Assembly (NCBI GenBank): GCA_016876035.1
Contig: VGOE01000001.1
Location: forward strand, 27,264-91,263
Direction of reading: 5' to 3'
Origin: Chloroflexota bacterium
GTDB lineage: Bacteria; Chloroflexota; Dehalococcoidia; UBA2247; RBG-13-53-26
Length of the DNA stretch: 64,000 bases
A model generated the notes under the pieces. It did no database searches. It was not told where the DNA came from and was given only the letters and a program-made list of their open reading frames with translations. A program made the translations under genes and the position numbers. Positions 29,444-37,243 of the stretch are shown in pieces; positions within the stretch are counted from its first letter, which is position 1, and each line of letters begins with the position of its first letter.

Positions 29444-31704
29444 TCCTCGTCTTTGAGTAGCGTTTCCCGCAGAAGTTCATCATCCCATCGAACGGTTACA
29501 GGCATACTAATGTCAATATCTGGGGCATTCCAGTTGAATTGAGTAAGGCGGAATACATCCTCAGCAACATGTCGGATGTCAAAAGCTCCGCTAGTCTGGG
29601 CCACGCTGACTAGCAATGTTCGGGCAGTTTTCCCCTGCTCGTCCCATTTCTCAGGCTTTCCTGTAGTCGTGATGATAGCTCGTCCCTCATCTAAGATGAG
29701 GTAGCAACCGGGGAACGGGTTCTGAAAGGTTGTTAGGTCATTTGGAGGCCCTGCAACGCTAAATATGCGCACCGGCAGATGTGTCTTACGAAGTTCCACA
29801 ATGGCATGCCTTACTGACCCACCGATGATGCCCTCTGATCGTAGTCGATTTAGGGCATCTTCGATACCCTCACTCTCCTTTGGCCATATGCGCCCGTCCC
29901 GATGAAATATAATACTTTCGAGGTGGAATCCCTGAGTCGCTATTTGCTTAACTGATGAAAGGAGTTCGTCTCGGATTCTCCTGGTCTTGATCGCTTCTTT
30001 TCCACCGCTACTACCTGTCCTCCGTCGCATCTCTCGGCCCCCCTTACCAAACAGGTATGTATAGACGACTCGTGAATCTTGAACGTCTATGCCAACATAT
30101 AGGTCCTGGTGAAGGAGATCAGCAAGAACCCAAGGCTTGCTTCCTGTTGCGATCAAAACACCAAGGGCTAGGTTGCGCAACTTGGATCTGTTAACGCAAA
30201 CCTCCTGGACATTCCCTTCATGAATACACTGAGAGAATACCGACCTGCATGTCTCTTTGAGGAGGGGATGGACCTGGCTGACGGCCTCTGACGGTAGTAC
30301 GCAAACCAGAAGAGCCCTCCGATGATCCCTCACAAGTGTTTCTGCCTCCGAGATCAGATTGCGTCCCTCTAGGTCAGGGGCGTAGGGAATCTGTCGCGAG
30401 AAGCTAAGATCCAGGCCAGATTGAAGCTTGACTTCAGTTACCAGCCTCTGCACAAATTCCTCTCTCAGCCGCCTGCTAAGCGTATTAGGGCAAAGCAGAA
30501 ATGCGACAGGGAGTGGCTCGGTGTGAAAGGGATGGCGCTCATAAAGAGCCTTAATCTTTGCAGGGCCCCAGTGGCGGATAGGATACGGCTCATTGGTGCG
30601 CTTTTGGAGGGCATCTATTCTGATGATGTGACCCTGACCAAATTCGAGCCCCGGCACTTGAAAGAAAGAGCCATCTATATGTAACGGCTCAAAGGACAAA
30701 TCTAGCGGAACATCCCCATAACAGACTTGCCCCAAGTCTTGAAGGAATTCAGATATTAGCTTCATCCGCACTTGCGGACTTAGCTGTGGGGGAATCGAGC
30801 ATTGTCGCAGGCCAATATGCTCTGTGGTAAATCTGGGGAAAAGGCGACTGACTGGGACAGGGAAGGGAGCCGTGCCACGCTCCTTATCCTGTACATAATA
30901 CACTGCCTCTTCATCAGGACTGAGGCTGCTACTGATCTGGGGGTACCGCCTGCGATAATACTCCAGCACTGTTTCGTTCAATTCCTCTAGCCAGAACTCC
31001 GCTATCGTTTGGCCTGTATCTCCAGCGTAAAAGCACCCAAACTTCACAGGCCCGTTGTCTCTTAAGAAGGCTCTTCTATGCTCCATCCGAACATCGCAGT
31101 GCTCGCGTAGCTGTTCCTCAAGCCCACGATCTCTATAGTCAAGCAAGGAGAGGCGGGATACATAGCGTGTCGCAACATCCACAGCAAGAAATAATCTTCC
31201 GCCTCGGATGGAAGTCACCCCAAAAGAGAACCCACGATATGCGTTTATGATGTCGGAAGCTTTGTCCTGATTATCCGGCGACACACGGAAAAATCGAGTC
31301 CAGGTGTCGCGCCAATAGTTAGGCTGATTTCGAAGTGTATCTGAAAAGGCGCGCTCCACCATGCTAGCGACAAACTCCAGATCTGCCCCGCTTGCTACTC
31401 GAAGGTCTACAGAAATGATCTCATCCGTGGGATCAACGTGGTAGGTCATATGAGGCACATCTTTGAAAGTGAGATCAGCATTAGTCATGTCGACGTCGGC
31501 TGGCATGATGAAATACGCGTCGGTGTCTCGTGACCGTGGAAAGACAGGGCACTTGAGGCGCCTCCTCCACATCTCATCTGCCCATTTCTGGACACGGACT
31601 GGTCTATAGTTATCATCAGGTAGCCGTTCTCGAACTTTGAGTAACCTGTACCTAAAATCGAGCTGCTGGGAATTTCGTATTTCGAACAGGGTGTATGCTA
31701 GCAC
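29440..31704 (-). CDS. Long prokaryotic Argonaute (pAgo) with a PIWI domain.
   Basis: PIWI-domain signatures are present. RALLVCVLPSE...ETCRSVFSQCI...NLALGVLIATGSKPWVL...LYVGIDVQD holds the first catalytic Asp in GIDV. IIFHRDGRI is the RDG motif. C-terminal AFDIRHVAEDVFRL parallels the YYAHLAAFRAR region with His. The length is 754 aa. The start overlaps the stop of the upstream nuclease gene. Confidence 0.7.
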   Translation of the reverse strand: MLAYTLFEIRNSQQLDFRYRLLKVRERLPDDNYRPVRVQKWADEMWRRRLKCPVFPRSRDTDAYFIMPADVDMTNADLTFKDVPHMTYHVDPTDEIISVDLRVASGADLEFVASMVERAFSDTLRNQPNYWRDTWTRFFRVSPDNQDKASDIINAYRGFSFGVTSIRGGRLFLAVDVATRYVSRLSLLDYRDRGLEEQLREHCDVRMEHRRAFLRDNGPVKFGCFYAGDTGQTIAEFWLEELNETVLEYYRRRYPQISSSLSPDEEAVYYVQDKERGTAPFPVPVSRLFPRFTTEHIGLRQCSIPPQLSPQVRMKLISEFLQDLGQVCYGDVPLDLSFEPLHIDGSFFQVPGLEFGQGHIIRIDALQKRTNEPYPIRHWGPAKIKALYERHPFHTEPLPVAFLLCPNTLSRRLREEFVQRLVTEVKLQSGLDLSFSRQIPYAPDLEGRNLISEAETLVRDHRRALLVCVLPSEAVSQVHPLLKETCRSVFSQCIHEGNVQEVCVNRSKLRNLALGVLIATGSKPWVLADLLHQDLYVGIDVQDSRVVYTYLFGKGGREMRRRTGSSGGKEAIKTRRIRDELLSSVKQIATQGFHLESIIFHRDGRIWPKESEGIEDALNRLRSEGIIGGSVRHAIVELRKTHLPVRIFSVAGPPNDLTTFQNPFPGCYLILDEGRAIITTTGKPEKWDEQGKTARTLLVSVAQTSGAFDIRHVAEDVFRLTQFNWNAPDIDISMPVTVRWDDELLRETLLKDED

Positions 31705-31705
31705 C

Positions 31706-32641
31706 TCACCACTCCCTGCATATTCGCTGAAATGGGCAACGCTCGCAAATCTTCACATGCCGGGCATAGCTAAAATCCCGAATATCTGCCACGCCTGTAT
31801 CAGGATCAACCATGAGTGCGCTAATGTTTTCTACGCTTCTCCTGATAACTGCTAACCGGTTCCACTTAGCTTCGGGGTCCAACGTAAAAGCTTCAACCTG
31901 CGGAGTCTCCAAGTTAACGGCATACGCTGTGGTGTCCCTAAGCTCAATACTCAAAGCCAGGTGTGGCCAAAGAAGGTAGCACTCCATTTGCCCCGAATAA
32001 CTTCGTGCATCAGACTTCCCAGTCTTCCAGTCATAGATCGCAAATCGGCCATCGCTGTTTCGCACAGCAAGATCTACCTTAACTGTGACCTTTGTAGTCT
32101 CGAAGTCAAATGCTGTAGCCCCTGGCCCAAATGTCGGGGGCTCAATCCAAACCCGGTTAGCGGTGGCTAGAATCTGCGGAATCCTCAGGGTGTCCCGAAT
32201 GTCACCGAAATTGTCCAAGCAGGTTCTGATCGTAGTTAGTATCCTGCTGAAAGTATCAAGCGGTAGCTGGATTCCATATTCATGCTCAAAGATAGCACCA
32301 AACTCCTCTCCTGCTCTCGTTGGCGCAACTTGGCGGTAGAGTTTCCTCTCAGAAAAATTCCACTGGCGCTCTGCGAGGTCCGCAGCCTTTTCTCGAAGGT
32401 CTTCCACCGACCAACGATGCCCGTTTGCCAGTTCCTTCAGCGACTTTGCAACAGTGGTATGCAAAAGGTCACCGACCCACGCCGAGAGTGTTTTTAGTTG
32501 CCGCAGAATCGCCACCTCTTTCAACAAAGGCTTCCTTGAATTGCGACGCGCTCCAGCCAAGTAATGAAAGAATAGCTGTCGCTCGCAGACTTCTAGCAGG
32601 TTGCCTTTCGAATACGACCATGATCGCTTTGTCGAGTCCAT
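31706..32641 (-). CDS. Cas4/AddB-like PD-(D/E)xK nuclease with a 4-Cys iron-sulfur cluster motif. The start is taken at the internal Met because the longer ORF overlaps the upstream gene.
   Basis: The PD-(D/E)xK core is VKVDLAV...GRFAIYDWKTGK. C-terminal CERCPFQRIC (C-x2-C-x5-C) plus an N-terminal Cys (EVCERQ) match the Cas4/AddB Fe-S arrangement. It lies immediately upstream of pAgo. Confidence 0.7.
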   Translation of the reverse strand: MDSTKRSWSYSKGNLLEVCERQLFFHYLAGARRNSRKPLLKEVAILRQLKTLSAWVGDLLHTTVAKSLKELANGHRWSVEDLREKAADLAERQWNFSERKLYRQVAPTRAGEEFGAIFEHEYGIQLPLDTFSRILTTIRTCLDNFGDIRDTLRIPQILATANRVWIEPPTFGPGATAFDFETTKVTVKVDLAVRNSDGRFAIYDWKTGKSDARSYSGQMECYLLWPHLALSIELRDTTAYAVNLETPQVEAFTLDPEAKWNRLAVIRRSVENISALMVDPDTGVADIRDFSYARHVKICERCPFQRICREW

Positions 32642-32654
32642 AACGCTTGCTGTC

Positions 32655-33044
32655 TTACGGAATATTGAAGGGACTGTAGAAATGTCCCACGCCCTGCGGC
32701 TCCAGGCGGTTGCCGAACAGGGGCCGCAGGCGAATCTCCTGGTTGCGCCAGTACATCTTGGGCTCCACATCCATAGTCAGCTTGTCCACGGGCAAGAGAA
32801 CGACCGGACTGCGGCGCAAGAGCCTCTCACCAGCCTCATAGAGGATATCGTGGAGTGGCTTCAAGTCACTCATTGTTGCCATGATTCGGTCCAGCCCTGC
32901 AACCTTAACTCGCCTGGGCAAAGTGTCCCTGGCTTGAAGACGTTGAAGGAACTGAACAATGCTCATTACTTCTGAGTCATCCTCGTAGCGCTGGCCAATA
33001 AGCCCCCTTTCCACCAGGTTGTAGCCGGCCTTCAATCCTTCCAT
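32655..33044 (-). CDS. Hypothetical protein (129 aa) within the defence operon.
   Basis: It lies 10 nt downstream of the methyltransferase stop and on the same strand. Confidence 0.4.
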   Translation of the reverse strand: MEGLKAGYNLVERGLIGQRYEDDSEVMSIVQFLQRLQARDTLPRRVKVAGLDRIMATMSDLKPLHDILYEAGERLLRRSPVVLLPVDKLTMDVEPKMYWRNQEIRLRPLFGNRLEPQGVGHFYSPFNIP

Positions 33045-33054
33045 AATACGCCCT

Positions 33055-35685
33055 CTACATTAGCCTCCGCTTCCCAGCTCCCAGCGCCTCGGCATGCTCC
33101 CGCAGGCGGTCATAGACCTTCACCCCGGTCTTCTTGTAAAGTAGGTCCAGCACCTGCACTAGGCCATCTCGCCGCCACCGCTCCAGCTCAGGTCGGATGT
33201 CCAGCCCGCTCTCCAGGACAGCATACAGGTAGTGGGCAATATCTATGAGAGGAAGAGGGTGTCCCCGCTCTATCTCTTTCTCTATGAACTCCAGGCGTTT
33301 TGAGGGAGTCATGGGCGCTATGGTCCGCCCTTTGCGCTCCTCAAGATACTGGCGGCGGTTGAACTCCTCCAGACTGAAGCCTCCCCCGGTAGTGAATCGC
33401 TTGCGCAAGTCGTCCCAAGTCAACCCCCTCTCCCCGGCAATGTAAAGAAGGTAGAGTTGGGTGGTTTCATCCAGGCCAGCGGGCAGTAGCTTCAGTTCGT
33501 AGGACTTGATGAGGAAGTCTACCATCCCCTCAATCTCGTCCACGGCGGTATCCACGTCCACGGGCTGGCCACCCCGCATGACATTGGGCCAGTGCCTCGA
33601 ATAGACCTCCAGGCAGCGCCCCATGGCAATGACGAAGAGGTCCGCGTCGCTGATGCGCCGCCCTGAGCGGCGGATGGCTCCCACTGTCTCCTCAACTTTG
33701 GCATGAATCTCGTCCTTGAGACTTTCCCAGGCAACCCGCCTTGGCTCCTCCAAGCGCTTGCGGCATACGAAGGGAATGTCATACGCGATGCCACCAGTTT
33801 TCAAGAGATGCGTGGAGGTCTTCATCTCGGCATGAACAGGGTAGACAGCCGAGACATAGAAGCCTGCCTCCACGATGCTCCGTAGGACAGATTTCCAGGC
33901 CCAAGGTTCCTTATGGTGGAAGGTGAAGACAAATGGCCCATCATCCTTCAGCACCCGGTGAGATTCCTTGAACACCCGAGTGAGTCCCCCGAAGAAGAAG
34001 TCCTCCGCATCCTTCTCTGCCTGCCCGGGCTTCTTGCTGGTGTTATGACGGGCAGTGTTCTTTACGATCTCCCTAGCCCTCGGTGATACCTCCGTTTCAA
34101 ACCAGGGATACTGCTCCTTAAGCCCCAGCTTGAGCCAAACATAGAAGAAGTCAGCCAGCTCCGAGTACATCACATTGTCACAATAGGGCGGGTCTGTGAT
34201 GACGGCGTCCATCGAATTGTCAGCCAGGAAAGCCATGTCTTCAGAAGTATCAGCCCCGAGTGCCACTTGACGTTTATCGCCTGCGAGCCGAAATTGGCTA
34301 ACTTGGCTCAGGGGTAACACCCGGTCAACTGTGCCACTTTCTCCCAATTTCAGGCGGGCTGCTTTCCCGCCCCTGATAGTAATCTCATACGGTGAAACAC
34401 TGTAAGTCTTGGCTGCTCTAACTTTCTGCCAAGTGCCTGCAAATGAATTTCCCCCACCCCTTGTGCCCCATATATTGCTCTCAACGGGCATGTTCGTCGG
34501 CCAGTAAGCATGGCGAGAAAATAATGGCATGATTTGGTAACTATCCGCCCTATACCGACAGAACATGTTGCTGAAATCTGTGAACTCTGATAGCGCCAGC
34601 AACCCAAGTTCCCTTACATTCTGATCCTCTATTCTTAGAATCTCCTTCAGCAGCAGGGAGAGACACAGGAGCTGCCGCTCGTTGAACATTTGGTGGAAGT
34701 ATTTGTAGCCGTAGTTGATAGGCCGGGGATCGCTGCGCCCTTCATTGGGAATCTTGGCGCGCGGGAAGAGCAGCCCGTCCTTCAGCCGCTGAAACTCTGC
34801 TCTGGCCTCTTCGTATAAAGCCTTATCGCTGCCCGTGACCCCTTTATAACCTCGGCGGCATGCGGGGCAGTAATACTCCAGGGCGAACATCTCGGCCTCG
34901 GGCGGGCCCTCCCGCCTCTGGATAGCCTTGAGAATGTTCTCCTTCTGCCCGCAGGCGGGGCAGGTGTATTTCCCACCCCCGGCGTATCCCTCTTCCGGCA
35001 CGTATTCCATACCACACTCGGAACATTCCACAGGGCTGTCCAGGGAATCAACATTGCTCTTGATGTGATAACAATGGGGGCAAAAGACGATATGCTTGCT
35101 ACTCTTGATGGCGATGCGGAAGGAAGGAAAGAGCTTTACCTCTTCGCCACAAGCCAGACAGGGCACCTTCTTCACCCAGAAGGCATACATGATGTCAGCC
35201 TCATGGCCTTGAGGACAAGTAGTGCGGTAGTAGCGCTTGAGCCGGGGGGCGATAGTTCTCTCCAGGTGCTTGAAGGCAGCGTCCAGGGCATCAAACTCTA
35301 CCGGGTCTATCTCCTTCTTGGTGACGAACCAGGCCACCGGATTGAGATCGATGCCGACCACCTTGCACCCCAGGCGCAGGGACTCCACCACCGTGGTGCC
35401 TCCGCCCATAAAGGGGTCCAGGATGATGGGTAGCTTGCCCTCTTTGTTCTTAAGCTCGTTCTTGGAGTAGAAGCGGCTCCACAGGCGGCGCTGGTTCTCC
35501 TCCGGGGAAAGAGAGTCGTCCCACTCGGCGAAGGCAGCCAGGATAAGCATGCGGAAGACACTGCCCAGGCGCCTGGCCCACCACTTGTGAATCATATATA
35601 TAGGGCGCCTCATACCTAAGCCTGTTTCAGCAGTGGCGACCTCGTTTAAGGCTTCTATGGGCAGGTCACGCTCTATGTAGCGCAT
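33055..35685 (-). CDS. DNA methyltransferase with a DUF1156-type N-terminus (amino-methyltransferase, DPPY motif) and inserted zinc-ribbon clusters.
   Basis: The N-terminal reads IHKWWARRLGSVFRMLILAA (DUF1156 WWARR signature). The SAM motif is ILDPFMGGGTTVVE. The catalytic motif IV is VITDPPYCDNVMYSE. Multiple CxxC pairs are present. The protein is 876 aa. Confidence 0.8.
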   Translation of the reverse strand: MRYIERDLPIEALNEVATAETGLGMRRPIYMIHKWWARRLGSVFRMLILAAFAEWDDSLSPEENQRRLWSRFYSKNELKNKEGKLPIILDPFMGGGTTVVESLRLGCKVVGIDLNPVAWFVTKKEIDPVEFDALDAAFKHLERTIAPRLKRYYRTTCPQGHEADIMYAFWVKKVPCLACGEEVKLFPSFRIAIKSSKHIVFCPHCYHIKSNVDSLDSPVECSECGMEYVPEEGYAGGGKYTCPACGQKENILKAIQRREGPPEAEMFALEYYCPACRRGYKGVTGSDKALYEEARAEFQRLKDGLLFPRAKIPNEGRSDPRPINYGYKYFHQMFNERQLLCLSLLLKEILRIEDQNVRELGLLALSEFTDFSNMFCRYRADSYQIMPLFSRHAYWPTNMPVESNIWGTRGGGNSFAGTWQKVRAAKTYSVSPYEITIRGGKAARLKLGESGTVDRVLPLSQVSQFRLAGDKRQVALGADTSEDMAFLADNSMDAVITDPPYCDNVMYSELADFFYVWLKLGLKEQYPWFETEVSPRAREIVKNTARHNTSKKPGQAEKDAEDFFFGGLTRVFKESHRVLKDDGPFVFTFHHKEPWAWKSVLRSIVEAGFYVSAVYPVHAEMKTSTHLLKTGGIAYDIPFVCRKRLEEPRRVAWESLKDEIHAKVEETVGAIRRSGRRISDADLFVIAMGRCLEVYSRHWPNVMRGGQPVDVDTAVDEIEGMVDFLIKSYELKLLPAGLDETTQLYLLYIAGERGLTWDDLRKRFTTGGGFSLEEFNRRQYLEERKGRTIAPMTPSKRLEFIEKEIERGHPLPLIDIAHYLYAVLESGLDIRPELERWRRDGLVQVLDLLYKKTGVKVYDRLREHAEALGAGKRRLM

Positions 35686-35694
35686 GGCGACTTC

Positions 35695-36030
35695 TCACTT
35701 CTTCGTTGGCGGGTGGAAATGTGTCTCAGAGCGAAGGGACGTTGGAAAATCACATTTCCCACACCAGAGGTCCCGATCAAGATTTTTGTGGCGTGTCCAT
35801 CCATGGTGGTCTTCAAGCGTTCTCTGAACCTGACGCTGCCAATTGCCGCCTTTGTGGAGAATGTTGGCAGGCACAAGCGAACCAAATTCCGGATAGACAA
35901 CGGGGTTGTTGCTCGCTGCAAGCTGTTGAGCGCAGTTCAGAACCGCTGAGTCACAGGCAGGGCAAAGGGGCCATGGCCAACTGCTATAGTCGGGCTTCGT
36001 ATGGTTAGAATTCCAACTGCATGAGCGCAT
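35695..36030 (-). CDS. Hypothetical zinc-ribbon protein (111 aa, 4 Cys) in the defence operon.
   Basis: Two Cys pairs are present (CPACDSAV...CGKCDF). It lies 9 nt upstream of the methyltransferase start. Confidence 0.35.
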   Translation of the reverse strand: MRSCSWNSNHTKPDYSSWPWPLCPACDSAVLNCAQQLAASNNPVVYPEFGSLVPANILHKGGNWQRQVQRTLEDHHGWTRHKNLDRDLWCGKCDFPTSLRSETHFHPPTKK

Positions 36031-36061
36031 TTTACTTCCCTCGCAACATTCAGCTTCCCCT

Positions 36062-36289
36062 TCATCTCCTGCAGAGAGACAAACTCCCCTTCTTGCCCTC
36101 GGCCCAGGCTTTACGGGACCTCTTTACCTGGTGCGCCAGTTCCTCGCCGCCCAGGATCTCCGCCGTTGCCTCCCACTCATCCCTCTCCCTGAGGTAGGCG
36201 GCAAAGTCAGCCACCGCCTTAACCCTGTCCTCTGAAAGGGACTTGACCTCTTCCAGTAACTTGCCCTTGTAGCCACCAGCCTTAGCCAC
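36062..36289 (-). CDS. Small hypothetical protein (75 aa, GTG start) in the defence operon.
   Basis: A GTG start is preceded by AGAGGGGGTGA. It lies 6 nt after the PglZ-domain gene stop. Confidence 0.4.
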   Translation of the reverse strand: MAKAGGYKGKLLEEVKSLSEDRVKAVADFAAYLRERDEWEATAEILGGEELAHQVKRSRKAWAEGKKGSLSLCRR

Positions 36290-36295
36290 GATTCA

Positions 36296-37243
36296 TCACC
36301 CCCTCTTTAGCCTTATCACAGGTACCAGACACTCCATGAGTGAAATGCCGCCATGTGCCACATCCGACTGCTTGCCAGGGGCACTCCAGTAGTAGCGCCC
36401 CCGGACATAGCACCCCTTATCATCGAACAGAACATAGGTATGGTCTTTGGGAAGAGCACGCAGCACCTCAAACTCTCCGGCATTCGGGCCATCGAATGTG
36501 ATCCCCCGCTGGGCACCAAAGAGCTTCAGAAGCACCTTGCGATTGGAGACGGGGGCGTGCCAGAAAAGGGCAGCGGACTGGGCATATACATAGCCATGGT
36601 CAGAGGTGAGCACCACCTCCTTCGTTTCCAGCATGTTTAGAATCTTGAGCAGAGCCTCCTCCGTCCGTTGCAAAGCAAAGGAAGGGGTAACCCCCTTGCC
36701 TTTCATGGGATGCATCAGTTCGTCTGGAAAGGAAAGCCATACCAACGCCTTTGGTCCCTGCAGGAAGATCGGAACATCGCCCGACCTGATGGAGCGGAAG
36801 GTGAATCCCTGCCACTTCTTGGGCATAGCTGCCGCTCCTGCTACTCCGAAGACATCACGGAAGAAAGCCCGTGTCGTCGATGGCACCCCTGAGTAGGCAT
36901 AGGAGTATTGTGCAGGGTCGAAGCCCTTTTCTTTGAGCCGGGGCATTAGCCAGTTGGCCTCTCTGAGGGAGAGGCCGTCCAGCACAACGATGGACGCCTC
37001 CAGGCAACTGAACTCGGCTGTCCTGTTCTGGGATCTGGCCCGCTCCAACAGCAAATCGTAGAGTTCAAAGTAGGTATCCCTTATGAACTCCTCCAGATTA
37101 TTGGTCTCGCGCTCTTGCTGGACATAGAAAGCATCCACATCGCCTGAGTCACCTGATGTCCATATATCATTTAGAGCCTTGAACAAAGGGCCGACAGGAT
37201 CGTCCTGGGTGAGAAGCTGTGTGACAAGGCTATTCAGATTCAT
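36296..37243 (-). CDS. Stand-alone PglZ-domain protein (alkaline-phosphatase superfamily fold).
   Basis: Motifs IVVLDGLSLRE, GVPSTTRAFF and VVLTSDHGYVY resemble the PglZ/BrxZ metal-binding and catalytic Ser/Thr signatures. The start overlaps the ATPase stop by 14 nt. Confidence 0.6.
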   Translation of the reverse strand: MNLNSLVTQLLTQDDPVGPLFKALNDIWTSGDSGDVDAFYVQQERETNNLEEFIRDTYFELYDLLLERARSQNRTAEFSCLEASIVVLDGLSLREANWLMPRLKEKGFDPAQYSYAYSGVPSTTRAFFRDVFGVAGAAAMPKKWQGFTFRSIRSGDVPIFLQGPKALVWLSFPDELMHPMKGKGVTPSFALQRTEEALLKILNMLETKEVVLTSDHGYVYAQSAALFWHAPVSNRKVLLKLFGAQRGITFDGPNAGEFEVLRALPKDHTYVLFDDKGCYVRGRYYWSAPGKQSDVAHGGISLMECLVPVIRLKRG

